NCBI GenBank assembly: GCA_013151775.1
Contig: JAADHO010000118.1
Span: forward strand, 988-64,987
Direction: 5' to 3'
Source: Deltaproteobacteria bacterium
GTDB lineage: Bacteria > Myxococcota_A > Polyangia > Polyangiales > Houyiibacteriaceae
Length of the DNA stretch: 64,000 bases
Shown here: positions 43,691-53,160 of the stretch, piece after piece
How positions within the stretch are numbered: the first letter of the stretch is position 1
Layout: every line of letters starts with the position of its first letter
Notes under the pieces: generated by a model
Databases searched by the model: none
Seen by the model: the letters and a program-made list of their open reading frames with translations, nothing else
What the model was told of the DNA's origin: nothing
Translations under genes and position numbers: made by a program

Positions 43691-46123
43691 ATGAGCACCT
43701 ACGAGCAGTTCTTTTCCGACATCACAACCTTCGCGCCCTTTCCCTATCAGGCGCGCCTGGGCACCGAGGCGTGGCCGAGCTTGTTGGACGTGCCGACTGG
43801 CCTGGGCAAGACGGCCGCCGTCGTGATCGCCTGGCTGCACAAGCGGCTGACCGATGATGGCGACACAGGGCGGCGGCTCGTCTACTGCCTGCCCACCCGG
43901 GTCTTGGTGGACCAGACGCGTTTGGCAGCCGAGGCATGGGTCAAGGCCGCCGCGCCCCGCTTTCGCGACGCCGGCCGCGCCGCGCCTAGCGTCCACGTCC
44001 TGCGAGGCGGAGAGCTCGACGAGCGCTGGCAGGGCGAGCCCGAGTCGGAAGCCATCCTGATCGGCACACAGGATATGCTGCTCTCGCGCGCCTTGAATCG
44101 AGGCTTCGCCATGTCGCCCTCGCGCTGGCCGATGCACTTCGCCTGGCTGAACAACGACGCCTTCTGGGTCTTCGACGAGATCCAGCTGATGGGTGTGGGC
44201 GTCGAGACGTCCGCCCAACTCCAGGCCTTCCGCGACGGATGGGGCGTCGAGGGCCCGAGCCGCTCGCTGTGGATGAGCGCCACCGTCGGCGCCGGACAGC
44301 TCGCGACCGTCGACCACCCGGCGCCCTCGGGTGGCTTCCCTCGGCACACGTTGCTGGCAGAAGACCGGGCGTTGGATCGAGTGCTCGAACGCACCCAGGC
44401 CAAGAAGCGAGTCATCCTGTCGGAGTTGGCCCTCGGCTCTAGCAAGAAGGCAGACGAGGCGGCTCACCTCGAGGCGTTGGCGAATGAGGTGGCCACGGCA
44501 CACGAGGAGCGGGGCGGCCTGACGCTCGTGATCCTCAACTCCGTGAAGCGTGCTCGCGGATTGCGCGCGCTGCTGAGCAAGAAGGTCGTGGAGCTCGGGC
44601 TGATCCACTCGCGATTCCGCGCGCCGGACCGACGCGTACAAGAGGCCATGCTGGCGGGCGAGGCTGATCGCGTCGTGGTGGCGACGCAGGCGATCGAGGC
44701 GGGTGTCGACGTCTCTGCGCGCACGCTCTTCACGGAGCTCGCCCCCTGGCCCTCGATGATCCAGCGCATCGGGCGCTGCAATCGCTACGGGAAGGAAGCA
44801 CAGGCAGAAGTGCGGGTGGTCGATCTTCGGGTCGAAGACGATGACGCTCTGGCCCTGCCCTACGATCCGGCCGCCATGCTGCAGGCGCGTGGTCTGCTGC
44901 ACGATCTTGGCGACGACGCCTCACCCGCACGCCTGTCCGCGATCAGCTTCTCGCCGCCCGTGGTGGTGCGTCCGGTCGTTCGACGGCGCGATCTGCTGCA
45001 GCTCTTCGACACCACGCCGGATCTCTTCGGCAACGACGTCGACGTCTCCCGCTTCATTCGCGACGATCAAGACACCGACGTACAGGTCTTCTGGAGGTCC
45101 TTCGAGGGCACGCCCGCTGCCGAGCTGCCCGGGCCTGGTCACGGTGAACTCTGCGCAGTGTCCATCGGCGCGGCACGTGATCTGGTCGAGAAGAAACTGA
45201 AGAGCAAGCGCGCCAAGGCCAAAGGCGAGGCGACCAAGCGGCTCTGGGCCTACGCCTGGGACCGCACCCGCGGGGAGTGGGCGCGCGTCGAGCGGCCGCA
45301 TCCGGGTCAGGTCTTGCTGCTCCACGTCAGCGCGGGCGGGTACGATCCGGAGCTCGGCTTTACGGGAGAACTCCGTGGCGACGTGCCCGCTGTCCAGCCC
45401 GCGGAGCCCAGCCCGCGAAGCGATGCCGACCAGCTGGCCGGTGACGCCCGCAGCCAGGGCGAGCGCTGGGTGGAGCTGAGCGCACACCTCGAACACGTCG
45501 AGGCCGAGGCGCGCGAGCTGAGCGCCCGGCTGGATGTATCGGCCGCCGACGTGCTCGGGCGCGCAGGACGCTGGCATGACGTCGGCAAGGCGCACCCGGA
45601 GTGGCAACGCAAGATCGTCCAGCCGGCGGTGGACGCGGGGCAGCCTCCGCCCACCCCAGACGGCGTGTGGGCCAAGTCGCCGCACCGGCTGCGGCCGCCG
45701 AGCGGCGCGCGCAAGTACCTGCGCCACGAGCTGGCCTCAGCGCTGGCGTGGTTGACGCACGCGCCCGACGAGGAGCCGGACCGCGCGCTCATCGCCTACC
45801 TGCTCGCGGCGCACCACGGCAAGGTGCGCATGGCCATCCGATCGGGGCCTCAAGAAGAGCCCGCTCCGGACGGGCGCCTCTTCGCGCACGGGATCTGGGA
45901 CGGTGACGAGCTGCCGAGCGTGAGGCAGCCCGCGGGCGCGAGCGTGCCGCCGACGACTCTGCGGCTGCATCTGATGCAGCTTGGCGCCGGCAGCTGGCGA
46001 GAGCTGAGCATAGGCCTGCTCGAGCAGCACGGCCCCTTCCGCCTGGCGTGGCTCGAGAGCGCGCTGAGAGCCGCGGACTGGCGCGCGAGTCGCAAAGAGA
46101 CCGAAGGAGCGTACGATGAATGA
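43691..46123 (+). CDS. cas3: type I-G Cas3 (helicase with a C-terminal HD nuclease domain)
   Basis: Motif I DVPTGLGKTAAV, motif II VFDEIQLMG, C-terminal HD region GRWHDVGKAHPEWQ...LAAHHGKVR. The helicase-then-HD order is the I-G/I-U hallmark. Confidence 0.92.
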   Translation: MSTYEQFFSDITTFAPFPYQARLGTEAWPSLLDVPTGLGKTAAVVIAWLHKRLTDDGDTGRRLVYCLPTRVLVDQTRLAAEAWVKAAAPRFRDAGRAAPSVHVLRGGELDERWQGEPESEAILIGTQDMLLSRALNRGFAMSPSRWPMHFAWLNNDAFWVFDEIQLMGVGVETSAQLQAFRDGWGVEGPSRSLWMSATVGAGQLATVDHPAPSGGFPRHTLLAEDRALDRVLERTQAKKRVILSELALGSSKKADEAAHLEALANEVATAHEERGGLTLVILNSVKRARGLRALLSKKVVELGLIHSRFRAPDRRVQEAMLAGEADRVVVATQAIEAGVDVSARTLFTELAPWPSMIQRIGRCNRYGKEAQAEVRVVDLRVEDDDALALPYDPAAMLQARGLLHDLGDDASPARLSAISFSPPVVVRPVVRRRDLLQLFDTTPDLFGNDVDVSRFIRDDQDTDVQVFWRSFEGTPAAELPGPGHGELCAVSIGAARDLVEKKLKSKRAKAKGEATKRLWAYAWDRTRGEWARVERPHPGQVLLLHVSAGGYDPELGFTGELRGDVPAVQPAEPSPRSDADQLAGDARSQGERWVELSAHLEHVEAEARELSARLDVSAADVLGRAGRWHDVGKAHPEWQRKIVQPAVDAGQPPPTPDGVWAKSPHRLRPPSGARKYLRHELASALAWLTHAPDEEPDRALIAYLLAAHHGKVRMAIRSGPQEEPAPDGRLFAHGIWDGDELPSVRQPAGASVPPTTLRLHLMQLGAGSWRELSIGLLEQHGPFRLAWLESALRAADWRASRKETEGAYDE

Positions 46124-48257
46124 CAGCGTCCACAGGCACGAGCTCGGCGGATGCTCACCCACACCCCTCGCGGGCTACCTCAAGTCCCTGGGCATCCTGC
46201 GCCTGGTGAGCGAGCAGGCGGATGCCACGGCCCGAGGCGCCTGGCGTCACGAGTGCTTCACCCTCTGGACCCGCCTGGATCGCGAAGCGCTCGAGCGCTT
46301 CTTTCTGGAGCAGTACGCGCCGACGCCGGTGGTCACACCATGGAATGGTGGCAGTGGTTTTTACCCGAAGGACAACAAGGACGGCATCGACTTCATCGAG
46401 TCGTCCACGTCCAGTCGCTTCGCCGGTTACCGCGACACCATCCGTCAGGCTCGCAAGCTGCTGTCGGAGCTGAATCTCGCCGAGAAGCCCGACGCGAAGC
46501 ACGAGAAACCGCGCCTGCTCGCCGCGTGCCGAGGAAGCTTCAGCGACACAGCCCTCGACTGGCTCGACGCGGCCTATGTGTTGGGCGACACCGACCCCAA
46601 ATATCCTCCGGTGCTGGGCACCGGCGGGAACGAGGGGCGACTGGAATTCGCTAACAACCTGATGCAGCGGCTGTCCGAGCTGCTCGATGCCGAGGGTGCA
46701 CCTCAGCCACCCGCACGAGCATGGCTCTGGGCCACGCTCTGGGGCCAAGCAGTGGCGGGTCTGCGCGCAGTGTCAGTGGGTCAATTTCAACCCGGGGCGG
46801 CCGGTGGCCCCAACGCCGCCGCCGGTTACGAAGGCAAGGCGAACGTCAACCCGTGGGACTTCGTCTTGATGATCGAGGGCGCGCTGATGCTCGGCGGCAG
46901 CGCCGTGCGCCGTTATGATGTCAGCGGCTCACGAGGCCGCGCGGCCTTCCCGTTCGCGGTCGGAGCCACGGCGTCGGGCTACGCCAGCGCCGCGAGCGCG
47001 GACGAGGGGGACTCACGAGGAGAGCTCTGGTTGCCGCTGTGGAGCGAGCCCACGAGCGCGCAGGAGCTGCGCGCCCTGATGGGCGAGGGTCGCGCGGATA
47101 TCCAAGGCCGGCGCGCGCGCACAGGCCTCGACTTCGCCCAGGCCGTGTCGTCGCTCGGCGTGGACCGCGGGATCGAGTCTTTCGAACGCTATGGCTTTCA
47201 TGTGCGCAACGGGCTGTCCTACTTCGCCACCACGCTGGGTCGCTATCAGGTCGGGACCTCCCAACATGTCGGCCTGCTGCGCGACCTCGACACCTGGCTG
47301 GATCGCAACCGGGGCAAGTGTGCAGGCGACACGGCGCCCGCCTCCGTCCGCCGCGCGCTGCGCCGCTTCGAGACGGCGGCCATGCTGATGGCGTCACGCG
47401 ACGACGTCACCAGCGTCGGTGAAGCGCTGCTGAGCCTGGGCTCCCTCGAGGCCGCCCTGGGATCGAGCCTGACCTTCTGCAGCAAGAGCTTCGTGCCGCC
47501 GCTGCCGCCCCTGCGTCGCGCATGGATCGAGGCGACGCGATCGGATTCGCCCGAGATGCGCCTCGCCGACGCCCTCGCCAGCGTGGCAGACCGCTACGGC
47601 GGCCTCGATCTGCCCATCCGGTCGCAGGTCGAGCCCGTAGAACGACGGGGCCGTTTCTGGACCTTCGCCAAGACGACGCATGAGGTGCTCTGGCATCAGG
47701 GCTCGCTCGTCCGCTCGATGAACAGCGTCTTCGAGCGCCGCGTGCTGCTCGCCAGCACATCCGAAGCGCGCTTCGCCGATCGAGGCCGCATCTTCAGCGG
47801 TCTCGGCGACATCGACGCCTTCATCCTGGGCCGAACGGATGACAAGCTGCTCGAGCGCTGGTTCCGAGCTTGCCTGCTGCTCGAGCGCCCAGAGGCGCGC
47901 GCCTTCCCCCCAGCGCGCACTCAGCGGCCGGTACCCTACGCCGGCTACGGCCTTCCCAAGCTCACCTTCGCGCCCGGTCCGGTCGGCGACCAGCACATCC
48001 CCATCACGCCGCGCATCCTCCGCCTGATGCGCACCGGGCGTGCCGTCGACGCCATGCAGGCCACCGCGCGCCGCCTTCGCGCGAGCGGGCTCGCGCCCAC
48101 CACGCATGAAGTCCACGCCGATCGTGAGCGCATGCGGCGCTGCGCCGCGGCGCTGCTCTTTCCCATCTCCCACGCAGACACCGAACGCCTCGCCGGCCGC
48201 TACCTCAGCGCCGGCACCAACACGCCCCTGTCCCATCAACCCACGGAAAGCCCATGA
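46116..48257 (+). CDS. csx17: type I-G large subunit Csx17 (Cas8g/Cas8u)
   Basis: 713 aa. N-terminus LGGCSPTPLAGYLKSLGILRLVSEQAD is typical of Csx17. Sits between cas3 and csb1 and overlaps cas3 by 8 nt. Confidence 0.85.
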   Translation: MNDSVHRHELGGCSPTPLAGYLKSLGILRLVSEQADATARGAWRHECFTLWTRLDREALERFFLEQYAPTPVVTPWNGGSGFYPKDNKDGIDFIESSTSSRFAGYRDTIRQARKLLSELNLAEKPDAKHEKPRLLAACRGSFSDTALDWLDAAYVLGDTDPKYPPVLGTGGNEGRLEFANNLMQRLSELLDAEGAPQPPARAWLWATLWGQAVAGLRAVSVGQFQPGAAGGPNAAAGYEGKANVNPWDFVLMIEGALMLGGSAVRRYDVSGSRGRAAFPFAVGATASGYASAASADEGDSRGELWLPLWSEPTSAQELRALMGEGRADIQGRRARTGLDFAQAVSSLGVDRGIESFERYGFHVRNGLSYFATTLGRYQVGTSQHVGLLRDLDTWLDRNRGKCAGDTAPASVRRALRRFETAAMLMASRDDVTSVGEALLSLGSLEAALGSSLTFCSKSFVPPLPPLRRAWIEATRSDSPEMRLADALASVADRYGGLDLPIRSQVEPVERRGRFWTFAKTTHEVLWHQGSLVRSMNSVFERRVLLASTSEARFADRGRIFSGLGDIDAFILGRTDDKLLERWFRACLLLERPEARAFPPARTQRPVPYAGYGLPKLTFAPGPVGDQHIPITPRILRLMRTGRAVDAMQATARRLRASGLAPTTHEVHADRERMRRCAAALLFPISHADTERLAGRYLSAGTNTPLSHQPTESP

Positions 48258-49240
48258 ACCTCGAAGCATTGAACGAATCCCCCCGCCTCCTCCTCCAGGC
48301 CGAGCTGAAGCCCGTGCAGGGCACCCGCTTTCAGCCCACCGGCTTCCCCGACCTCGGCGCGGCCGAGTACAGCGTGACCGACGGGCGCAACATGCGAAAC
48401 ATGCTGCTGCTCGAGTCCGCCCAGAGCATGGCCAACCGCCTCGAGGCCGCCTGCTGGGACGAAGGCCAGGGTGATCTGGTACCCGCGCTTCAGGGCCTGC
48501 CCTACGTCAAGTCCACGCTGCCCGATGGGACGGTGACCAGCTCGATCTTGGAGGCCCATCGTCTCAACTCTCCCTACCTCTGCGACGCGACGGGCTACGA
48601 GGTGATCAAGGACGCCGTAGGCTTCATCAAGGACGCGCCCTTCGACCGCCGCAAGCTGGCGACAGCATTGCTGCGCTTCGACCCGAACAGCCTGCTGCAC
48701 GGCATCTTCCTCGAGAAGATCGGAGGCGTCGTGCGCCTGCCGCGCGCGCTCTCAGCGTTCGTCGAGGCCGAAGACGTCCACGTCGCGGCCGCGGGTGGTG
48801 TGAAGTTCGACCGCGTGCAGCCGACCTCGGCGGGCACCAACACCAAGTACGGCTCAGCCAACGAGGGCTACGGAAATGTGCCGTATCATCGCGACGAGTA
48901 CACGGCGAAGAGGATCGTCGCCTACTTCAATCTCGACCTCGCGCTGCTGCGGGGCCTAGGACTGAAGGACGCCGCCCTGCGGCTGATGACCACGCTGGCG
49001 CTCTACAAGATCCGGCGCTTCCTCGAGGCGGGCCTGCGCCTGCGCACGGCCTGCGATCTCGACGTGGTGGGCGAGGTCGAGGTGCAGCGGCCCGACGGCT
49101 TCGCCCTGCCCACGACGGAAGCCCTGGAGCAGGCTCTGCCGGCGCTGATCTCCGAGTGCGCACCTCTCTTCAACGATCCACGCGTGCTCGAACTCACCTA
49201 CGACAAGGACAAGAAGTCCGCCCGAACCAAGAAGGACTGA
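48254..49240 (+). CDS. csb1: type I-G Cas7 (Csb1, GSU0053 family)
   Basis: LQAELKPVQGTRFQPTGFPDLGAAEY signature. ATGA overlap with csx17. Confidence 0.88.
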   Translation: MNLEALNESPRLLLQAELKPVQGTRFQPTGFPDLGAAEYSVTDGRNMRNMLLLESAQSMANRLEAACWDEGQGDLVPALQGLPYVKSTLPDGTVTSSILEAHRLNSPYLCDATGYEVIKDAVGFIKDAPFDRRKLATALLRFDPNSLLHGIFLEKIGGVVRLPRALSAFVEAEDVHVAAAGGVKFDRVQPTSAGTNTKYGSANEGYGNVPYHRDEYTAKRIVAYFNLDLALLRGLGLKDAALRLMTTLALYKIRRFLEAGLRLRTACDLDVVGEVEVQRPDGFALPTTEALEQALPALISECAPLFNDPRVLELTYDKDKKSARTKKD

Positions 49241-49243
49241 CCC

Positions 49244-50827
49244 ATGGTCACGCTCGAGATCCGGTTCCCCGGCGGGCGCTATCACGCCACGCCGTGGGAT
49301 CACCACGTCAACGAGGGAGTGGTCGAGTGGCCCCCCTCTCCCCTACGCATCGCGCGCGCTCTGCTGGCCACCTGGCACCTCAAGGCGCGCGACGAGCTCT
49401 CCGAATCGGCCGTGCGAAGCTTGTGCGAGTCCTTGGCGTCGAGTCTACCCATCTACGAGCTGCCGGAAGATGTCACCCCGGCACACACGCGCCACTACAT
49501 GCCCCTCGGAGGAACGAAGACCGGCAAGATCTTCGACGCCTTCCTTCGGATCGACGCCTCGCGTATCTTGGTGATCACTTGGCCAAACGTGGAGCTCGAC
49601 GACCCCGAGCTCGACGCGCTGCGCGTGCTGGCGCAGCGCCTGAGCTACCTCGGCCGTGCCGAGAGCTGGGTCGATGCGCGCGTGGCCGAGCGCCCCGTGG
49701 AGCGGCTCAACGCGGCGCCTGTCGAGCACCTCGACACAGGAGAGATCGTGCCCGTGCTCTGCGCCTACACCCCCGCAGAGTACGAGCGTTGGCGTGAGGC
49801 CGAGGTCGACCGGCAGCTCAGCCTCGAACTCGAGCAGCAGCGTCGCAAGGACATCGCGAAGGGAAAGCCTCCCGAGAAGACCAGACTCTCCAAGCGAAAG
49901 CGTGAGGGCATCAAGGCGAGCGTTCCCGCAGATCTCTTCGCGGCCTTGCACGTCGACACCACCCTGCTGCGCAAGCAGGGCTGGAGCGCGCCGCCGGGCA
50001 CACGCTGGATTAGCTACCGGCGACCCACACTGGCGCAGCCGCGCACTCCCAAACACGAGGCGAACGCGCCGAGCCCGTGCGCCGCGCGCTTCGCCGTGAG
50101 CGGGGCCGTACTGCCGCGGCTCACCGAGGCGTTGCGCTTTGGCGAGGCGGTGCGTGGCGCGCTTGGCCAGAGCCGCCTGCGCGTCTTTCACGGCAAGGAC
50201 GACGAAGGCCGACCTCTACTCGGTCATGAGCACGCCTTCTTCCTGCCCGAGTCCCACGGCCACGAGGGTCGCATCACGCACCTCTCCCTGTACGCTCGCG
50301 AGGGCCTCGATGCGAACGCGCAGGCGGCCATCGACAAGCTGGTCTCGGGCGAGATCAGGCTCGAGAAGGACGCCACCCACCCCATGAAGCTGACGCTGAT
50401 CGGCCTTGGCGAAAGGGACGAGCTCGGCAACACGGGCGCTCCACTCTTCGCCGAGGCGCGGGAGTGGTGCTCCCTGACGCCCTTCATCCCCACGCGACAC
50501 CTCAAGCGCAAGCGCAGCGGCGCGCCCAAGTTCGATGCTCACGGCCGAGCCATCGGCTCACCGGAGCACGATGTGCTGCGCCTCTTCGAACTGGCGGGCC
50601 TGCCCGCTGTGGAGCACATCGAGCCCACCGAGGGCGTGAAGCTCGGCGGGCGCATCGTGCGCTGGCTCGACTTCTACCGCTGGCGAGCGCGACATGGGCG
50701 AGGCGCGCGCGGTGACTCGCGTGGCTTCGGCTTCCGGGTCGTCTTCGCGCAGGCTGTGCGGGGCCCCATCGCCGTCGGCTTTGGTGCTCACTTTGGCTTG
50801 GGAATCTTCGGGCCCGAGTCGTCGTGA
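49244..50827 (+). CDS. csb2: type I-G Cas5-Cas6 fusion (Csb2, GSU0054 family)
   Basis: N-terminus LEIRFPGGRYHATPWDHHVNEGVVEWPPSPLRIARALLATW is typical of Csb2. 527 aa. Confidence 0.88.
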   Translation: MVTLEIRFPGGRYHATPWDHHVNEGVVEWPPSPLRIARALLATWHLKARDELSESAVRSLCESLASSLPIYELPEDVTPAHTRHYMPLGGTKTGKIFDAFLRIDASRILVITWPNVELDDPELDALRVLAQRLSYLGRAESWVDARVAERPVERLNAAPVEHLDTGEIVPVLCAYTPAEYERWREAEVDRQLSLELEQQRRKDIAKGKPPEKTRLSKRKREGIKASVPADLFAALHVDTTLLRKQGWSAPPGTRWISYRRPTLAQPRTPKHEANAPSPCAARFAVSGAVLPRLTEALRFGEAVRGALGQSRLRVFHGKDDEGRPLLGHEHAFFLPESHGHEGRITHLSLYAREGLDANAQAAIDKLVSGEIRLEKDATHPMKLTLIGLGERDELGNTGAPLFAEAREWCSLTPFIPTRHLKRKRSGAPKFDAHGRAIGSPEHDVLRLFELAGLPAVEHIEPTEGVKLGGRIVRWLDFYRWRARHGRGARGDSRGFGFRVVFAQAVRGPIAVGFGAHFGLGIFGPESS

Positions 50828-52656
50828 GCGGCGACGACCAGGCCGCGCCCGACCCCGAGCCCGACTCGCCAGCTCCTCCGCGCGCGAAGCACCTGCGCCC
50901 CGACCGCCATCCCCTCGCACTTCCGAGCGCCGCGCCCGACGCGGTGCCGGCGCGCATGGTCAACGAGGTGCTCTACTGCGAGCGCCTCATGTACCTCGAG
51001 TGGGCGCAGGGAGAGTTCGCCGACAACCACTACACCGTTCACGGGCGGGTCGTGCACAAGCGGGCCGACAAGCCCGGCAAACCGATTCGTAAGCCCGGCG
51101 CCAAGAAGGCCGCGAGCAAGACGAGTCCAGAGCAGGACGAGGCGTCCGAGGCCGAGCAAGAGGACCTGCCCTACACCGCCCGCAGCGTCTGGCTGACGTC
51201 CACCCGCTTGGGCCTGACGGCGCGCATCGACATCGTCGAGGCCGATCGCGAGGGCGTCGTGCCCATCGAGTACAAGCGCGGCAAGGCGCCGGACTTGCCA
51301 GACGGCGCGTGGCTGCCGGAGCGGGCACAGCTCATGGCGCAAGCGCTGCTGCTGCGGGACCACGGCTACACGGTGGAGCGCGCGGAGATCTACTTCGCCG
51401 GGGATCGGAAACGCGTGCCCATCGAGCTGTCAGCCGAGCTCGAGGCCGAGACGCGCGGCGCCATCGCGCGAGCGAAAGAGCTGACGGAGGCAGGCGCGAT
51501 CCCCGAACCGCTGCTCGACAGCCCGAAATGCAGCGGCTGCTCGCTGGTGGGCATCTGTCTGCCCGACGAGGTCAACTTGCTCTCCATCGGCGAATCGGAG
51601 CCGAGCGCGAGCGAGGCCACCGAGCCGCAGCTGCGCCGCCTGCACCCCGCACGTGACGAGCGGCTGCCCGTCTACGTGCAGGCGCACGCGGCGCGCATCG
51701 GGCTGAGCGGCGACTGCCTGGTGATCAAGACGCCCGAGGGAAAGCAAGAGGCACGGCTCCCGAACACCTCGCAGCTCGCCGTCTTCGGCAACGTGCAGCT
51801 GACGACGCCGGCGATGCGTGCGCTGCTCGACCGTGAGATCCCCCTCACCTTCTTCTCCTACGGCGGCTGGTTCCTTGGCCGGCTCGTGGGCCACGGCAGC
51901 AAGAACGTGGAGCTGCGGGTGGCACAACACCGGGGCGCCGCGGACCGCAGCTTCTGCGTGAAGCTCGCGCGCGGGCTCGTAGCGTCGAAGATCCTGAACT
52001 GCCGCACCCTCTATCGGCGCAACGCGGAGTCACCCGACGCGACGACGCTGGGCGAGCTGGAGAGGCTCGCTCAGGCTGCACGCGAGGCGGTGTCTCTGGA
52101 GTCGCTCTTGGGCTACGAGGGCACGGCGGCGCGGCTCTACTTCTCGGTGTTCAATCAGATGCTGAAGGGCCAGGCGGCTGTGGGCGCCTTCGACATGCAC
52201 GGCCGCAACCGCCGCCCTCCGCGGGATCCGATCAATGCGATGCTATCCTTCGCCTACAGCTTGCTCGCCAAGGAGCTGGCGCTGATGTGCGCGAACGTGG
52301 GGCTCGATCCGATGTTGGGGTTCTATCATCAGCTCCGCTATGGGAGGCCGGCCCTGGCGCTGGACTTGATGGAGGAGTTTCGGCCGATCGTGGCGGATTC
52401 GGTAGTCGTAGCGGCGCTGAACAACGGGGTGCTGACGGAATCTGATTTCGTGCGCAGCCATGTGGGCGTGGCGATGCGTCGCCCAGGGCGCAAGCGCTTC
52501 ATCGCGGCGTATGAGCGCCGGATGGATCAGCTGGTGACGCACCCGGTGTTCGGCTACCGCGTGAGCTACCGGCGCGTGTTCGAGATCCAGGCGCGCCTGT
52601 TGGGCCGCGTGCTGCTGGGCGAACTCGAGGAGTACCCGGAGTTCCGGACGCGATGA
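50824..52656 (+). CDS. cas4-cas1: Cas4-Cas1 fusion
   Basis: Cas4 part: MVNEVLYCERLMYLEW and Cys cluster CSGCSLVGIC. Cas1 part: INAMLSFAYSLLAKE, GLDPMLGFYHQLRYGRPALALDLMEEFRP. GTG start overlaps the csb2 stop. Confidence 0.92.
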   Translation: MSGDDQAAPDPEPDSPAPPRAKHLRPDRHPLALPSAAPDAVPARMVNEVLYCERLMYLEWAQGEFADNHYTVHGRVVHKRADKPGKPIRKPGAKKAASKTSPEQDEASEAEQEDLPYTARSVWLTSTRLGLTARIDIVEADREGVVPIEYKRGKAPDLPDGAWLPERAQLMAQALLLRDHGYTVERAEIYFAGDRKRVPIELSAELEAETRGAIARAKELTEAGAIPEPLLDSPKCSGCSLVGICLPDEVNLLSIGESEPSASEATEPQLRRLHPARDERLPVYVQAHAARIGLSGDCLVIKTPEGKQEARLPNTSQLAVFGNVQLTTPAMRALLDREIPLTFFSYGGWFLGRLVGHGSKNVELRVAQHRGAADRSFCVKLARGLVASKILNCRTLYRRNAESPDATTLGELERLAQAAREAVSLESLLGYEGTAARLYFSVFNQMLKGQAAVGAFDMHGRNRRPPRDPINAMLSFAYSLLAKELALMCANVGLDPMLGFYHQLRYGRPALALDLMEEFRPIVADSVVVAALNNGVLTESDFVRSHVGVAMRRPGRKRFIAAYERRMDQLVTHPVFGYRVSYRRVFEIQARLLGRVLLGELEEYPEFRTR

Positions 52657-52946
52657 GCCGCCAAGCCTACATCGTGAGCTACGACGTGTGTGACCCGAAG
52701 CGGCTGCGCAAGGTGTTCCGGGTGCTCCGCGGCTACGGGGACCACCTGCAGCTCTCGGTGTTTCGGTGTGAGTTAGACAAACGCGAACGCGTGGAGATGG
52801 TGGAACGACTGACCGGCGCGATCCATCATGGCGAGGATCAGGTCTTGGTCATCGACCTGGGTCCGGCGGATGGGCGCGGGAAGGATTGCTTCGAAGCGCT
52901 GGGCCGGCCCTATACTCATCCGGAGCGCCATGCCATCGTGGTGTGA
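52653..52946 (+). CDS. cas2: Cas2
   Basis: 97 aa. YIVSYDVCDPKRLRKVFRVLRGYGDHLQLSVFRCEL. ATGA overlap with cas4-cas1. Confidence 0.92.
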   Translation: MSRQAYIVSYDVCDPKRLRKVFRVLRGYGDHLQLSVFRCELDKRERVEMVERLTGAIHHGEDQVLVIDLGPADGRGKDCFEALGRPYTHPERHAIVV

Positions 52947-53160
52947 CGCGCATGAGCGCGCCGCCGGCCGCGAGAGGTCCAGTGGCGCAAAATCTACTGG
53001 CACCGCTCGCATAACAGCTAAGTCCTTGAAAACCGTATACGAATTCGGTCATGGTGGAGGCCCGACCCACAGCACCAGCAAGGCCGGAGGCCGCCACCAC
53101 GACTCACCCCTCGCAAACCAACCGCTAGCCCACCGACATCACTTAGATTTTGAGCAGTCC
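52947..53160 (+). promoter_or_regulatory. CRISPR leader
   Basis: 214 nt between the cas2 stop and the first repeat. Contains AT-richer patches (AACAGCTAAGTCCTTGAAAACCGTATACGAATTC, CACTTAGATTTTGAG). Confidence 0.6.

Noticed and set aside
43637-44902. Long antisense or alternative-frame ORFs such as 43637..44902(-), 10655..12457(+), 30286..32025(-), 38345..39724(-), 47394..48269(-) and 14432..15943(+).
   Set aside because: Open frames of this kind are typical of very GC-rich DNA. Each lies opposite or over a gene with clear family motifs, and their translations are Arg/Ala/Gly-rich and of low complexity.
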